Assembly: GCA_963803435.1 (NCBI GenBank)
Contig: CAWDML010000001.1
Span: 416,001-480,000, forward strand
Reading direction: 5' to 3'
Length of the DNA stretch: 64,000 nucleotides
DNA from: an uncultured delta proteobacterium
GTDB taxonomy: Bacteria > Myxococcota > Kuafuiibacteriia > Kuafuiibacteriales > Kuafuiibacteriaceae
The notes below the pieces were generated by a model. The model saw only the letters and a list, made by a program, of their open reading frames with translations, made no database searches and was not told the DNA's origin. Positions within the stretch are counted from its first letter, which is position 1. Every line of letters starts with the position of its first letter. The position numbers and the translations under genes were made by a program. This document shows, one piece after another, positions 18,811-30,200 of the stretch.

Positions 18811-21372
18811 TCACCCGCTCGCTGGACTGGAGTCGATGATCGAATTGAGATGCTCGAGATCGACGGGCTTCACCAGGTGCGCATCGAACCCGGCGTCGCG
18901 CGTGCGCGTCCGATCCTCCGCCTGACCGTAGCCCGTGACCGCGACCAGGATCATTCCGCTCGAGCCGGAGCCCGCCCGGATGCCGCGCGCGACCGCATAG
19001 CCGTCGATCCCGGGCAAGCCGATGTCGATCAGCGCGATATCGGGGCGCAGCTCGAGGGCCCGCTCGAGCCCCGCCGGTCCGTCGGAGGCATCGTGGACCT
19101 CATGACCGCGAAGCTCCAGGAGCATCCGCAGCATCTCCCGCGCGTCGGGGTTGTCGTCGACCACCAGGATTCGCTTTTTCTCCACGGCCATTTCCTCTCC
19201 TTCCGCCTGCTCTTCGGGCGGCGGAGCCACCGAGGGAAGCTCCACGGTGAAGCGCGCCCCCGTCCCCACGCCGTCGCTGGTGGCGAATATGCGCCCGCCG
19301 TGCAGCTCCGTGAGCTGGCGGACCAGCGTGAGCCCGAGCCCCAGGCCGCCCTGCGAGCGATCGATGGTGAGCTGTGCCTGTGTGAACGCGTCGAAGATCC
19401 TCGGCAGCATCTCGGGGGCGATGCCGATCCCGGTATCGCTCACCTCGAGGGACGCCCGATCCCGATCCTGCCGGACGCGCACGCTGATCTTCCCGCGCCC
19501 GGGCGTGTACTTGATGGCGTTCTCCACCAGGTTCTGGACGATCTGCGTCAGCCGCGATGCGTCGCCTTCGACATGGACGAGCTCGCACTCGACGACGATC
19601 TCATGCCGCGTCGGGGGTACGGCCACCACCGTCGTTCGCACCGCGGATCGCACCAGGTCTCCGAGCTCCAACACCTCTTTCGCGAGCACGATCTTTCCGC
19701 TGGTCACTCTCGAGATGTCGAGGAGATCCTCGAGGATCGAAGACAGCTGCTCGACCTGCCGAGTAATCACGGCGGCGGGTCCCGCGAGCGCCGGTTCGTG
19801 CGCGCCTATCCCTTCCATGACGGCGGCGGCGGTCCGGATGGCGCCGAGCGGGTTCCGCAGCTCGTGGCTGAGGATCGCCAGGAACTGATCCTTGCGGCGA
19901 TCCGACTCCTCGAGCGCCTGCTGCACGCGCTTCAGCTCGCTGATGTCGAGGTTGATGCCGGCCCACTGGACGATCTGTCCGTCCTCGTCCCGGATGGGCA
20001 CGCCGCGCGCCAGGACGTCGTGCCATTTCCCATCAACGCCCCGGAACCGATGCTCGCGTTCCCAGAACCTGCCCTCGGCGACGCACGCGCTCCAGGCGGC
20101 GACGGTCGGCGCGACCTCGTCCGGGTGCAGGGCACGCTCCCAGCCGAGGTCCGAGCACTCGTCCTGGGTCAAACCGACCAGGCGGAGAAACGACGGGCTC
20201 ACGTAGATGTTGCGACCGTTCGGGTCGCAGACCCAGACGCCGTAGTCGATCGACTCGCCGATGCCGCGATACAGGCGCTCGCTCCTGCGAAGCTCGCGAT
20301 CCGTCCGCAGGCGCTGGGTGATGTCCCGATCGATCTTCGAGACACCGACGATCTCGCCGTCCTCACCGCGGATCGGAGAGACGGTCACCGAGACGTCGAT
20401 CCGCGTTCCATCCTTCCGCACCCGCACCGTCTCGAAGTGACCGAGGTGCTCACCCTTGCCGAGTCGAACGATGCGCTCCATCTCCTCGGCGCGGTTCTCG
20501 GGGAGGATCAGCTCGGTGATCGCACGACCGATCATCTCCTCGGCGGGATAGCCGAACAGCCGCTCGGCGCTGGGGTTCCAGGAGGTGACGACACCGTCGA
20601 GCGTCAGCCCGATGACCGCGTCCTCGGAAGATTCGACGATCGCCGCCAGATGCGCCTCGCTCTCCCGCTGGGCGCGTCGCAGCTTCGCCTGGTCGGTCAC
20701 GTCGAGCGTGATTCCGCCGGCCCGCAGCGCTCTCGTCCCCTCACGGTGGATCCGTCCGAACGACCGGAGCGATCGCACGCCGCGCGTCGGGTGGACCACG
20801 CGCATCTCGAAGTCGATCGCCGTTTCGGTCCCGTCGGCGCGAAGCCCGCGGACCATCGACTCCGCCTGGGCCCTGTGAGACGGGTCAATCGCGGAGAGCC
20901 AGGCGTCGATGGTCGGAACGGTCGTGCTGGGCAGGCCGAGCAACTCTCGATACTGTTTCGACCAGTAGAGCTCGCCGGTCTCGAAGCTCCAGTCCCAGAT
21001 GCCCGCACCCGACGAGCTCTGCGCCACCTCGAGGCGCTCGTCGAGACGCTCGAGCTGCTTCCGCGTGCGTCGCGCGCCGTCGGACAGGTAGCTGATCAGG
21101 AGCCCCGCCAGGAGGAAGATCACGAGCGCGGGCGGACCCCCGGACTCGGGCCAGAGCACGCCGCACGCGACCGCGCCGGTCACCGTCGCGGCGACGCCCG
21201 GACCAAACCCGCACCACCACGCGCTCACGACGATCATCGGAAACAACGTGATGAATGGGACTTGCCCGTGCGGCCACAGGCCGTTGAGGAGAGCTCGCGC
21301 ACCGACGCCGATCGCCGCCAGGATCAGGGCGATTCCAAAGCGAGCCCATGCCGGTGCGCGCGCGAGCAGCAT
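18811..21372 (-). CDS. Hybrid histidine kinase: DUF4118-like membrane domain, three PAS/PAC, HisKA/HATPase, receiver
   Basis: GIWDW, SWNPSAERLFGY, ALHPDE, LSHELRNPL, NLVENAIKY, DTGIGI, GLGLGL, LVVDDN, DIGLPGIDG and HLVKP. Confidence 0.92.
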   Translation of the reverse strand: MLLARAPAWARFGIALILAAIGVGARALLNGLWPHGQVPFITLFPMIVVSAWWCGFGPGVAATVTGAVACGVLWPESGGPPALVIFLLAGLLISYLSDGARRTRKQLERLDERLEVAQSSSGAGIWDWSFETGELYWSKQYRELLGLPSTTVPTIDAWLSAIDPSHRAQAESMVRGLRADGTETAIDFEMRVVHPTRGVRSLRSFGRIHREGTRALRAGGITLDVTDQAKLRRAQRESEAHLAAIVESSEDAVIGLTLDGVVTSWNPSAERLFGYPAEEMIGRAITELILPENRAEEMERIVRLGKGEHLGHFETVRVRKDGTRIDVSVTVSPIRGEDGEIVGVSKIDRDITQRLRTDRELRRSERLYRGIGESIDYGVWVCDPNGRNIYVSPSFLRLVGLTQDECSDLGWERALHPDEVAPTVAAWSACVAEGRFWEREHRFRGVDGKWHDVLARGVPIRDEDGQIVQWAGINLDISELKRVQQALEESDRRKDQFLAILSHELRNPLGAIRTAAAVMEGIGAHEPALAGPAAVITRQVEQLSSILEDLLDISRVTSGKIVLAKEVLELGDLVRSAVRTTVVAVPPTRHEIVVECELVHVEGDASRLTQIVQNLVENAIKYTPGRGKISVRVRQDRDRASLEVSDTGIGIAPEMLPRIFDAFTQAQLTIDRSQGGLGLGLTLVRQLTELHGGRIFATSDGVGTGARFTVELPSVAPPPEEQAEGEEMAVEKKRILVVDDNPDAREMLRMLLELRGHEVHDASDGPAGLERALELRPDIALIDIGLPGIDGYAVARGIRAGSGSSGMILVAVTGYGQAEDRTRTRDAGFDAHLVKPVDLEHLNSIIDSSPASG

Positions 21373-21462
21373 CCCGTCCGATAACAGGAGAGCCCGTCCG
21401 GCGAGGCGAATCAAGCCAGCGGGACACCCATCGACGAGCAAGAACGCCCCGACGCATCGGGA

Positions 21463-24400
21463 TCACCGGCCCGCGGCGCGGCTCGGCGTTTCCTCTTCGA
21501 GCTGGGCGTTGAGGCGCTGCCAGGTCAGGTTCCAGCAGGGTCCTTCGCACGAGAGGAAGTTTCCCCAGGCCTTGGAGCGAGACTCGAGCCGGCTCCCGCA
21601 CGACAGGCACACGGCGCACAGGTGATCCGCGAGCGCCTGCAGGGTGTCGACGTCGACCCGCTCCTGTGCCCGGCACGCGGCATCCATGCACGCGACCACG
21701 ATCCCCTCGTCGGTGATCTCGAGCCGCGCCGTACCCTCGCATTCGGCGCAGCGCGGATCGTGAAAGTGCGGATCGAGCGTCTGCAGCTCGCGACACACCA
21801 GCGTACGGCTACGGCGAAAATCCGGCGTGGAAGCCACCCTCGTCTTCAGCTTCGTTCGCGGGATCGCGACGCGCGCCGCTCCCAGCGATCGCCTTCGCTT
21901 GCGCTCCCGCCGCGCCTTCTCCTGCAGCTCCTGCTCGCCGAGCCGATCCCAGATCGACTGGCGGAGCTCGGCCGCGCGCCGCACGACACGCTCGCTGAGC
22001 TCGACATCCCTCGAGTCCTCGAGCCTCTCCGGTCCGATCGGATCGATCTCGAGGTCCTTCAGTCGCGACACCACACCCTCGAGCGTCCGCTCGGGATCCA
22101 GCGCCAGCTGGCTGCCCCTCACCCGGATGAACCGCCAGCCGAGACGCTCGAGCTGCTGCCTCCTGGAGCGGTCTGTCTTGCGCTCGAGGGTCGGATGGGA
22201 GCGATCGCCGTCGCACTCGATCGCGACCCGGCCGCGCTGGCCCTCGACGACGAGATCGATCCGATACGCGCCCACCTCCCACTGCGGCTTCACGCGGAAA
22301 CCGCGACCGCGAAGCATCTCGAGGATCCGGCGCTCGAGCTCCGACTCGGGCCGACCCTCGTGCTTCGTCAGGTCGAGGAGCGCGCGGGGATCGCGGGCGT
22401 GCTCGATGAGGCGGCGGCGCAGGTCGTTCGGCTTCAAGTCCGTGTCCGGGTTCAGAGAGTGGACCACCCACATCTGATCCCGCGCGCGGCTGGCAGCGAC
22501 GTTGAGCCGCTTCTTGAACTCGGCGTTGTCGTTCAGGGGCAGCGGGGCGCCCTCGCCGCTCCAGACCATCGAAGAGAAGATCACGTCGCGCTCGTCACCC
22601 TGGAAGTGGGCCGGCGCTCCGCAGAGGAGGCGGCGTCGCTCGATCTCCCGAGGCTCCAGCCAGGCGTGCAGGAATCGCTCGATCAACGCCCACTGCTCGT
22701 CGCCGAGGAGACTGATCACACCCATGGTCGCGCCTGCGTACTCTGGCTGCTCGACGCTGGCCGCCACCAGCGCCGCCACCTCGATCGCCTCGGGCGTGTT
22801 CACGTTGTGATCGTCGCAGTCGCCCGCGACGTGATGCTCGACCACCGGTGGCAACACCCGCGCGCTGGCGCCCTCGCGGAGGGCCTGGATCTCACCGTCG
22901 TAGGCGAGGCGGCTGGAGAACGCGATGATCTCGGGGACGCAGCGGAAGTGCTCCCGGAGACGGATCGCGCTCTGGGACTGCCGCGCCAGGTCGTAGATCG
23001 ACAGGCGCCCGGTGTAGAGGTCCTTGTTCGGAATTCCGTCGAGGTGCAGATCGATCAGCGTCTGGATCGTGTCGAGCTTCTGTCCCACCGCGAGCGGGCT
23101 GACCTGCTGATCGTCGCCGACCACCACGATCTGGCGCGCCAGCCCGAACGCGAAGAGGCCGTTCACGTCGCACTGGCTGGCCTCGTCGATGATGACCACG
23201 TCGAACCGGGTCTGGGCCAGGTCGTACGCCTCGATCACCTTCGACAGCGGCATGATCCAGACGGGGACCGAGTCCTTGCAGTGCGTCAGCAGCTCGAGCG
23301 CCTTCTTCTGCAGCATCGGCGCGCGCTTGCCGGTGCCCTTCCCGATCTGCTTCTGGTAGTCGAGCCAACCGGTGAGGTTCCTGCGGGCGCGGGGTGAGGT
23401 CCGATCCACCTGCTTCGACCACGCCTTGCTGGCGACCAGCTCCGCCGTGCTTCGCTGAAGCCGATCGCGGAGCTCGACCACCCTTCGCTGGAGCTCGTCG
23501 GGATCGACCTTCGCCCGCGCGTCGAGCGCTCGCGCGAGCTGGGCGTGGATCCAGGCCGCCTCCACGTCCCCGGGAGGACGCGCCCCGTCGTGGGGCGGGG
23601 TCCGGGCCTCGATCGCATCGACCCACCCGGGTGCGATCGGATGGAGTCGGTCCAAGAGCCGCTTGCGGCGGGCGCGTGCGACGCGTTGATCGGCGAGGTG
23701 TACCAGCCGGCCATAGGCCGCCGAGTACCGCTCGACGTCACGGCCGCGCGCCGCTTCGGCCAGCGCCCGCCCCGCGGCGCTCTGCTTCGGGCGCGTGACG
23801 CGCTCGAGAAGCCGCCGCTCCCATACTAGGAGCTCCTCGAGTCGCTCCTTGCGACGGAGCGCCTCGAAGCCGCGCACCAGGACCTCCGAGAGCGCCCGCC
23901 GCGCCCGCCGCGCCACGCTCTGCCGGTCCTCCTCGGGCAGGCGCTGGTCGACCGCCTCCCAGGAGAGGCCGAGGCCCGCCAGCTCCTCCTCGATCCCGCT
24001 CCACTCGCTCGACCACCAGAGCTTGGCGCGCGCGATCTTGCGCTCGAACGGCTCGAGGAAGTTGGGCCACTGGTCCACCGACTCGGGCAGCTCGGGCGCG
24101 CCCATCGCGAACATCTGCTTGTTCCAGCGCCGGCGGAGCTTCCGGGCCGACGACCGGAGCCGATAGGCGGCGCGGATGGCCGTGAAGTGATCCGCGGTGG
24201 CGGGCGGCCGCCCGTCGATCGAAGCGCCCTCGGTCAGCTCGGTCCAGTGCCCCCGGCCCAGACGCGCGAACCAGCCGAGACCGCTGCCGCCTGAGAGATG
24301 CTCGACAATCTCGTCGCAGCACGTGAGCGCGGTGTCGCAGTCGAGCTCGGGGAGGCGGAGCTCGTGGCGGAGCTCGACCGCGTGGTGAGCCTCGTGCGCG

Positions 24401-26319
24401 TCGAGCGCCTCGCCGATCAACGCCCGGAGCTCGTCCCACGCGGCCAGGAACGCGCCGCCACGCGAGACCTCGTCCAGGCAGCGCTCCAGCCACTCCTCCG
24501 AGGTGAGCCAGTCCACGGCAGCGGCGGCCCGCTCCACCACCGGATGCAGCCGCTTGGCGGTCACCGTGGTGTCGCAGAAGATCGCGACCTCGTCGTCGCG
24601 CCGGCTCTTCTCCAGCGCCGTCAGCTGGCGGACCAGCTCGGCGTACGTCTCGGGCTCGACCACGATCTCGGGTGCAGGCAGATCTCCGGCCAGCTCCACC
24701 TCGTCACAGGCGGGAAACGACTCCTGGAGCCGATAGAGCTCGTGCACCTCCGCCACCGTCAGCGGCAGCGTGGCCCCGGGCTCGACCGGCGCGGGGATCC
24801 AGTCGTCCTCGCCCTTGCGATCGTGAAGACGCGCGGCGGCCTCCTGCGGCGAGAACGTGTGCTCGCCGAAGACGATCGCCTCCGTCTCGGATCGAAGCGC
24901 GCGGTCGAGGCCCTTCTCGGCGTGCGCCAAATCGGCCGCCAGCCGGTCCCGGTGCTGGGAGGCGCCGGCGATCGCCGACGCGTCGGCCGCGGGCAGCGAA
25001 AGCCTCGCCACGATCCCGTTCACACTCGACTCCAGCTGCTCGCGGCCGCGCAGGTCGCTCTCGAGATAGGCGACGCACAGCGCCTGAAGCTCGGGGACCA
25101 CCTTGTCGCGCACCACGCGCAACGCCTTGGCCGTGTGGCTGGTGACGAGCACCGTCTTTCCCTCGGCGAGGAGGTGGCCGATCAGGTTTGCGATCGTGTG
25201 CGTCTTGCCGGTTCCGGGCGGTCCTTGCACGACCACCGAGCCGTTGCGCTCCAGGCGCCGCAGGATCTCCTCCTGCTCGCGGTTGGCCGGAAGCGTGAAC
25301 AGCGGCTCGACGTCGGGCTCCGCCGATCGATCACGCACCGAGTCCATCACCACGTCCACCAGCGGCATCGGGAGCTCATCCATCTCGTCGAGCGCATCGA
25401 TGAACCGATCCGCCGCCATCTGGATCGTCCCCGAGCGTGAGCCGAGGAAGATGATCGGCGCCTGCACGAAGGTCGGCCGCGAGGAGGGCGCCACCTCGAG
25501 GTCGTCGATCACGCGCGCGTTCGGGAACAGGAGATTGGCCACCTTGCCCACGAGCTGGCGGACGCTCGCCGGATCCATCATCGAGGCTTCCTTTTGCTCC
25601 ACCAGCTCGCGCGCCTGCGCGATCGACGCGCCCTCGACCTCCGGCAACAGGCGCAGGAGCGCCGTGTTGAGCTCGGGGATCGGGTTGGCGAGCCGAAGCC
25701 GGAGCGCCGGAGCGCGCTCGTCGAACTCGAGCTCGAGCTCCTGGAGGAGGACCGGGTGGGCAATCCTTCCCTCGTCGTGATCGAGGAGCAGCCAGCCGTC
25801 GCCGAGGAGCACGCGGTAGCGCTCCGACTCGCGCTGGAGCCGAGCCCGCAGCGCGAACAAGCGCTCGTAGATCGCGATGAGCGCCCGATTCGGAGCCTCG
25901 CTGCTCCGCCACTCCTCGCGGAGGCTGCGCCACAGGACGAAGCTGGTCCCGCGGCGGGGATCGTCGTCGACCAGCTCGAGCCTCGGATCGTCGAAGCTGG
26001 AGAGGGCCGGGATGGTGGTGACCTCGCCGTCGATCCTGTCCCAGCCCGGCGCGAGCCAGTCGCGGATGGTCGGCCCGGGCGGCGGGCACGGCAGCTCGAC
26101 GGGACGGCGGACCTCGAGCGCGACGTCGGCGCGCTCCTCGGCCTCCTCGGACGCCATCAGTGCGCCGGACACGTCCGCGTGATCGGGTAGATCCGAGAGA
26201 CGAAGCTGCCACGCCTCCGGATCGATCGTTCGCTCGACCGGGCTGTCGAGACGGGCCCTCTCCTTGAGAAATAGAAAAACGCGGCGAAGGCGATCCTTCG
26301 CCTCCTGAGTCTCGTTCAC
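21463..26319 (-). CDS. Superfamily 1 (Upf1/DNA2-like) helicase fused to Vsr/DUF559-like PD-(D/E)xK nuclease and Cys-rich C-terminal zinc-finger region
   Basis: QGPPGTGKT, IIDEASQ, VGDDQQ, EHFRC, FQGDERD and RLNVAASRAR; ESELE...YRIDLVV...AIECDG...LERLGWRFIRV; CAEC, CMDAAC, CLSC and CEGPC. GTG 26319 follows a GGAGG RBS. Confidence 0.88.
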   Translation of the reverse strand: MNETQEAKDRLRRVFLFLKERARLDSPVERTIDPEAWQLRLSDLPDHADVSGALMASEEAEERADVALEVRRPVELPCPPPGPTIRDWLAPGWDRIDGEVTTIPALSSFDDPRLELVDDDPRRGTSFVLWRSLREEWRSSEAPNRALIAIYERLFALRARLQRESERYRVLLGDGWLLLDHDEGRIAHPVLLQELELEFDERAPALRLRLANPIPELNTALLRLLPEVEGASIAQARELVEQKEASMMDPASVRQLVGKVANLLFPNARVIDDLEVAPSSRPTFVQAPIIFLGSRSGTIQMAADRFIDALDEMDELPMPLVDVVMDSVRDRSAEPDVEPLFTLPANREQEEILRRLERNGSVVVQGPPGTGKTHTIANLIGHLLAEGKTVLVTSHTAKALRVVRDKVVPELQALCVAYLESDLRGREQLESSVNGIVARLSLPAADASAIAGASQHRDRLAADLAHAEKGLDRALRSETEAIVFGEHTFSPQEAAARLHDRKGEDDWIPAPVEPGATLPLTVAEVHELYRLQESFPACDEVELAGDLPAPEIVVEPETYAELVRQLTALEKSRRDDEVAIFCDTTVTAKRLHPVVERAAAAVDWLTSEEWLERCLDEVSRGGAFLAAWDELRALIGEALDAHEAHHAVELRHELRLPELDCDTALTCCDEIVEHLSGGSGLGWFARLGRGHWTELTEGASIDGRPPATADHFTAIRAAYRLRSSARKLRRRWNKQMFAMGAPELPESVDQWPNFLEPFERKIARAKLWWSSEWSGIEEELAGLGLSWEAVDQRLPEEDRQSVARRARRALSEVLVRGFEALRRKERLEELLVWERRLLERVTRPKQSAAGRALAEAARGRDVERYSAAYGRLVHLADQRVARARRKRLLDRLHPIAPGWVDAIEARTPPHDGARPPGDVEAAWIHAQLARALDARAKVDPDELQRRVVELRDRLQRSTAELVASKAWSKQVDRTSPRARRNLTGWLDYQKQIGKGTGKRAPMLQKKALELLTHCKDSVPVWIMPLSKVIEAYDLAQTRFDVVIIDEASQCDVNGLFAFGLARQIVVVGDDQQVSPLAVGQKLDTIQTLIDLHLDGIPNKDLYTGRLSIYDLARQSQSAIRLREHFRCVPEIIAFSSRLAYDGEIQALREGASARVLPPVVEHHVAGDCDDHNVNTPEAIEVAALVAASVEQPEYAGATMGVISLLGDEQWALIERFLHAWLEPREIERRRLLCGAPAHFQGDERDVIFSSMVWSGEGAPLPLNDNAEFKKRLNVAASRARDQMWVVHSLNPDTDLKPNDLRRRLIEHARDPRALLDLTKHEGRPESELERRILEMLRGRGFRVKPQWEVGAYRIDLVVEGQRGRVAIECDGDRSHPTLERKTDRSRRQQLERLGWRFIRVRGSQLALDPERTLEGVVSRLKDLEIDPIGPERLEDSRDVELSERVVRRAAELRQSIWDRLGEQELQEKARRERKRRRSLGAARVAIPRTKLKTRVASTPDFRRSRTLVCRELQTLDPHFHDPRCAECEGTARLEITDEGIVVACMDAACRAQERVDVDTLQALADHLCAVCLSCGSRLESRSKAWGNFLSCEGPCWNLTWQRLNAQLEEETPSRAAGR

Positions 26320-26374
26320 GGCACCCTCCTCCACTGACCTGGGATCAACAGAGAGAAGACCGAGAAATCGGTCC

Positions 26375-27073
26375 TTAAGCGGACGTGGGGCCAATCACGC
26401 GCACGCCGTCCGAACCCGCCACGATCGCCTCGGTGGCAAGCCCCAAGAACAGGCCGTGCTCCACGACGCCGGTGAGATCCTGGATGGCCGACGCCACCGC
26501 GGAGGGATCCGCGATCGGATCGGTGAAGTAGCAGTCGATCAGGTAGTTGCCGTTGTCGGTGACGTACGGAGCCGCGCCGTTCATGCGCAACTTCGCCTCA
26601 CAGCCGAGCGCGCTCAGCCGGGCGGCGTTGAAACGCCAGCAGAACTGCACCACCTCGACCGGCATCGCGCCGGTGACCCCGAGGTGATCGACGCGCTTGC
26701 TCTCGTCGGCGATGACGATGAAGCGACGGGCCGCGCGCTCGACCATCTTCTCGCGCAGCAGGGCGCCGCCTCGGCCCTTCACCAGATCGAGCGTCGGTGA
26801 GATCTCGTCGGCGCCGTCGATCGCGAGATCGAGCACCGGGTGATCGTCGAGCGAGACGATCGGGATGCCGAGACCGCGGGCCTGCTCTTCGGTGCGGCGC
26901 GACGTGGGGACGCCGGCGATCCGGGTCAGCGCTCCGGCGCGGAGGCGCTCCCCGATCCGCTCGACGGCGAACCACGCCGTGGAGCCGGTGCCGAGGCCCA
27001 GCACCATCCCACTCTCGACGGCCTCGACCGCCCGCTCGGCGGCCCGCTGCTTCCATTGATCCTGCGCCGACAT
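26375..27073 (-). CDS. rpiA: Ribose-5-phosphate isomerase A
   Basis: [32 protein letters not shown] and GVVEHGLF. Confidence 0.96.
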   Translation of the reverse strand: MSAQDQWKQRAAERAVEAVESGMVLGLGTGSTAWFAVERIGERLRAGALTRIAGVPTSRRTEEQARGLGIPIVSLDDHPVLDLAIDGADEISPTLDLVKGRGGALLREKMVERAARRFIVIADESKRVDHLGVTGAMPVEVVQFCWRFNAARLSALGCEAKLRMNGAAPYVTDNGNYLIDCYFTDPIADPSAVASAIQDLTGVVEHGLFLGLATEAIVAGSDGVRVIGPTSA

Positions 27074-27234
27074 ACGGGTCGGAACCTGCCCGCATCGGGT
27101 CTCGGTGTCACCGTAACCCCGCCTCGGCCGTGACACCCGGCGAGAACCCCAACCCTTTCAGCCATGGCACAGTCGGTGAACGGGGCGTGCCGACCGTGTT
27201 GACCGGCGCAGCCCGACCTCTCAAAAAATCCCGC

Positions 27235-30200
27235 ATGCCCGCTGCCCCCCGGTGCTTGGTCCTAACCCTTCTACTTCTGGCCCCCGCCGAGGCCGTCGCG
27301 CAATCGCCGGACTTCTTCACGGTCAACGACGTCTCGATCGCCGAAGCGACCGGGGGTTCGCGGGGGCTGGTCTTCCAGATCCAGCTCCACCGCTTCGCGT
27401 GCAACGCCAGCTGCTCGATCAGCTGGACCACGCAGCCCGGCACCGCGGTCGCCGGGGCGGACTATACCACCGTCTCGGGCTCGGTCACCTTCCCGCCGCC
27501 CGCGCTGGCCTGCTTCGATCAGTTTCAGTCGGTCAACGTCCCGATCATCGACGACAACGTCTCCGAGGCGAACGAAACCTTCAATCTGGTGCTGTCGAAC
27601 CTGATCGGCAGCTGCATCGTCAGCGACAGCCTCGGGGTCGGCACGATCCTGAACGACGACGTCGCGCTCCTCATCAACAATCCGACCGGGCCCGAGAGCG
27701 GTGCGGCCGCGCCGCCGATGGTGCCGTTCTTCATCTCGGTGCAGAACCTGAGCGTCACCGGCGCCTCCGTCGGCTATCAGACTCAGGACGGCACTGCGAT
27801 CGCGGGCCTCGACTACACGGCGATCAACGGCGTCATCAACATCCCCGCGAACAGCCCCGGCGTGACGGTCTTCGTCCCGGTCATCCCGGACGGCCTCGAC
27901 GAGGATGACGAGACCGTGTTCCTCAACCTGTTCAACCCCCAAGGCGCGGTCATCCTCGACAACCAAGGCCGAGGCCAGATCATCGACGACGACCCGCCGC
28001 CGAGCGCCAGCATCAACGATCAGCGCGCCATCACCGAGGGCAACAGCGGCACCACCAACGCCGTCTTCACCGTCTCGCTGAGCGCTGCCAGCGGACGCAC
28101 GATCACGATCAACTGGGCCACCGCGGACGTCACCACCACCGCCGGCGCCGACTACGTGAGCGGCTCGGGCACGCTCACCTTCCCGCCGGGCGTGACGTCG
28201 CGGACCCTCAGCGTGGCCGTCAACGGCAATCTGCTCGACGAGCCCAACGAGGTCTTTGTGGTCAACCTCAGCAACGGCACCAACGTGACCATCGCTGACT
28301 CGCAGGGCCAGGGCATCATCGTCGACGACGACCAGGCCCCCTCCCTCAGCATCAACGACGTCACGGTCACGGAGGGCGGCCCGGGCACCACCACGCTGGC
28401 GACCTTCACGGTCACCCTCTCGGCGCCCAGCGGCTTCGACGTCTCGGCCAACTGGTTCGCGAACGACGGCACCGCGCTCGCCGGCTCCGACTACAACGAC
28501 GCCGAGGGCGGCATCCTGATCCCCGCGGGTCAGACCACGCAGACGCTGTCCGTGGTGGTGAACGGCGATGCGATCGACGAGCCGAACGAGACCTTCACCG
28601 TCGATCTGCAGGGCGTGACCAATGCGACCGTCAACGACGGCCAGGGCGTGTGCCTGATCCTCGACGACGATCCGATCCCGAGCGCCAGCATCAACGACAT
28701 CTCCGTCGCCGAGGGGAACGCAGGTCAGGTGACCGCCGTGTTCACCGTGACGCTCTCCAACCCGAGCTCGGCGCCCCAGACCGTGCAGTGGGCCACCGCG
28801 AACGGCTCCGCCACCGCGCCCGGCGATTACACCTCGGCGAGCGGCACGCTGACGTTCCCCGCCGGCGCCACCTCACGGACGATCGCGGTGGCGGTCATCG
28901 GCGACGTGCTGGACGAGGCCAACGAGACCTTCCTGGTCAACCTCTCCAACCCGTCGGCCGGCCTGACGATCGCGGACGGCACCGGCCAGGGGACGATCCT
29001 GGACGACGACGCCGGACCGGCGCTCGCGATCAACGACGTCGCGGTCACCGAAGGGAACAGCGGCACGACCAACGCCAGCTTCACCGTGACGCTGTCGGCC
29101 GCCAGCGGCCAGACGGTGACGGTCAGCTACGCCACGGCCAACCAGACCGCCGTCGCGCCGGGCGACTACACCGCCGCCTCCGGCAACGTCACCTTCACCC
29201 CCGGACAGACCACCCGGACCGTGGTGGTGCAGGTGCTCGGCGACACGATCGACGAGCCGAACGAGACCTTCCTGGTCAACCTCTCCAACCCGGTCAACGC
29301 GACCCTGGGCGACGCCCAGGGCGTCGGCACCATCAACGACGACGATGCGCCGCCCGGGATCTCGATCGCCGACACCTCGGTCGTCGAGGGCAACACCGGC
29401 TCCACTCTGATGACCTTCGCGGTGACGCTCTCGGCGCCCAGCGGGCAGATCGTGACGGTGGCTTGGGCGACCGCAAACGGGACAGCCACGGCGCCGGGCG
29501 ACTACACGGCCGCCGGTGGGACGCTGGTGTTCAACCCGGGCATCGTCTCGCTGAACGCGAACGTCGCGGTCGCGGGCGACACGATCGACGAGGACGACGA
29601 AACGTTGCTCGTCAACCTCAGCGCGCCCACGAACGCGACGCTCGCCGACCCGCAGGGCATCGGCACGATCACCGACGACGACGCGCCACCCTCGATCTCG
29701 ATCACGGACGTCGCCGTCGTCGAGGGCAACACGGGCGCCGCCAGCGCGGTGTTCGACGTGACGCTGTCGGCCGCCTCGGGCCGGGCCGTCTCGGTGGGCT
29801 GGGCGACCGCCGCCGGCTCGGCCACCGCCGGCTCGGACTTCACCGCCGGATCGGGCACGCTCACGTTCAACCCGGGCATCACGGCGCTCACCATCAGCGT
29901 CCCGGTCCTGGGCGACACGCTGGACGAGCCGAACGAGACCTTCTTCGTGGACCTCAGCGCGCCCGTCAACGCGAGCATCGCGGACAACCGAGGTCAGGGC
30001 ACGATCGTCGACGACGACAACTCGCCGGCCCTGAGCATCGACGACGTCACCCTCGTGGAAGGGAACAGCGGCACCACGAACGCCCTCTTCACCGTGACCC
30101 TCACGCCCGCGAGCGGCCAGACCGTCACCGTCGCCTGGGCCAGCGCCAACGGGACCGCCGTTGCGCCCGCGGACTACACCGCCGGCTCGGGGACGCTCTC

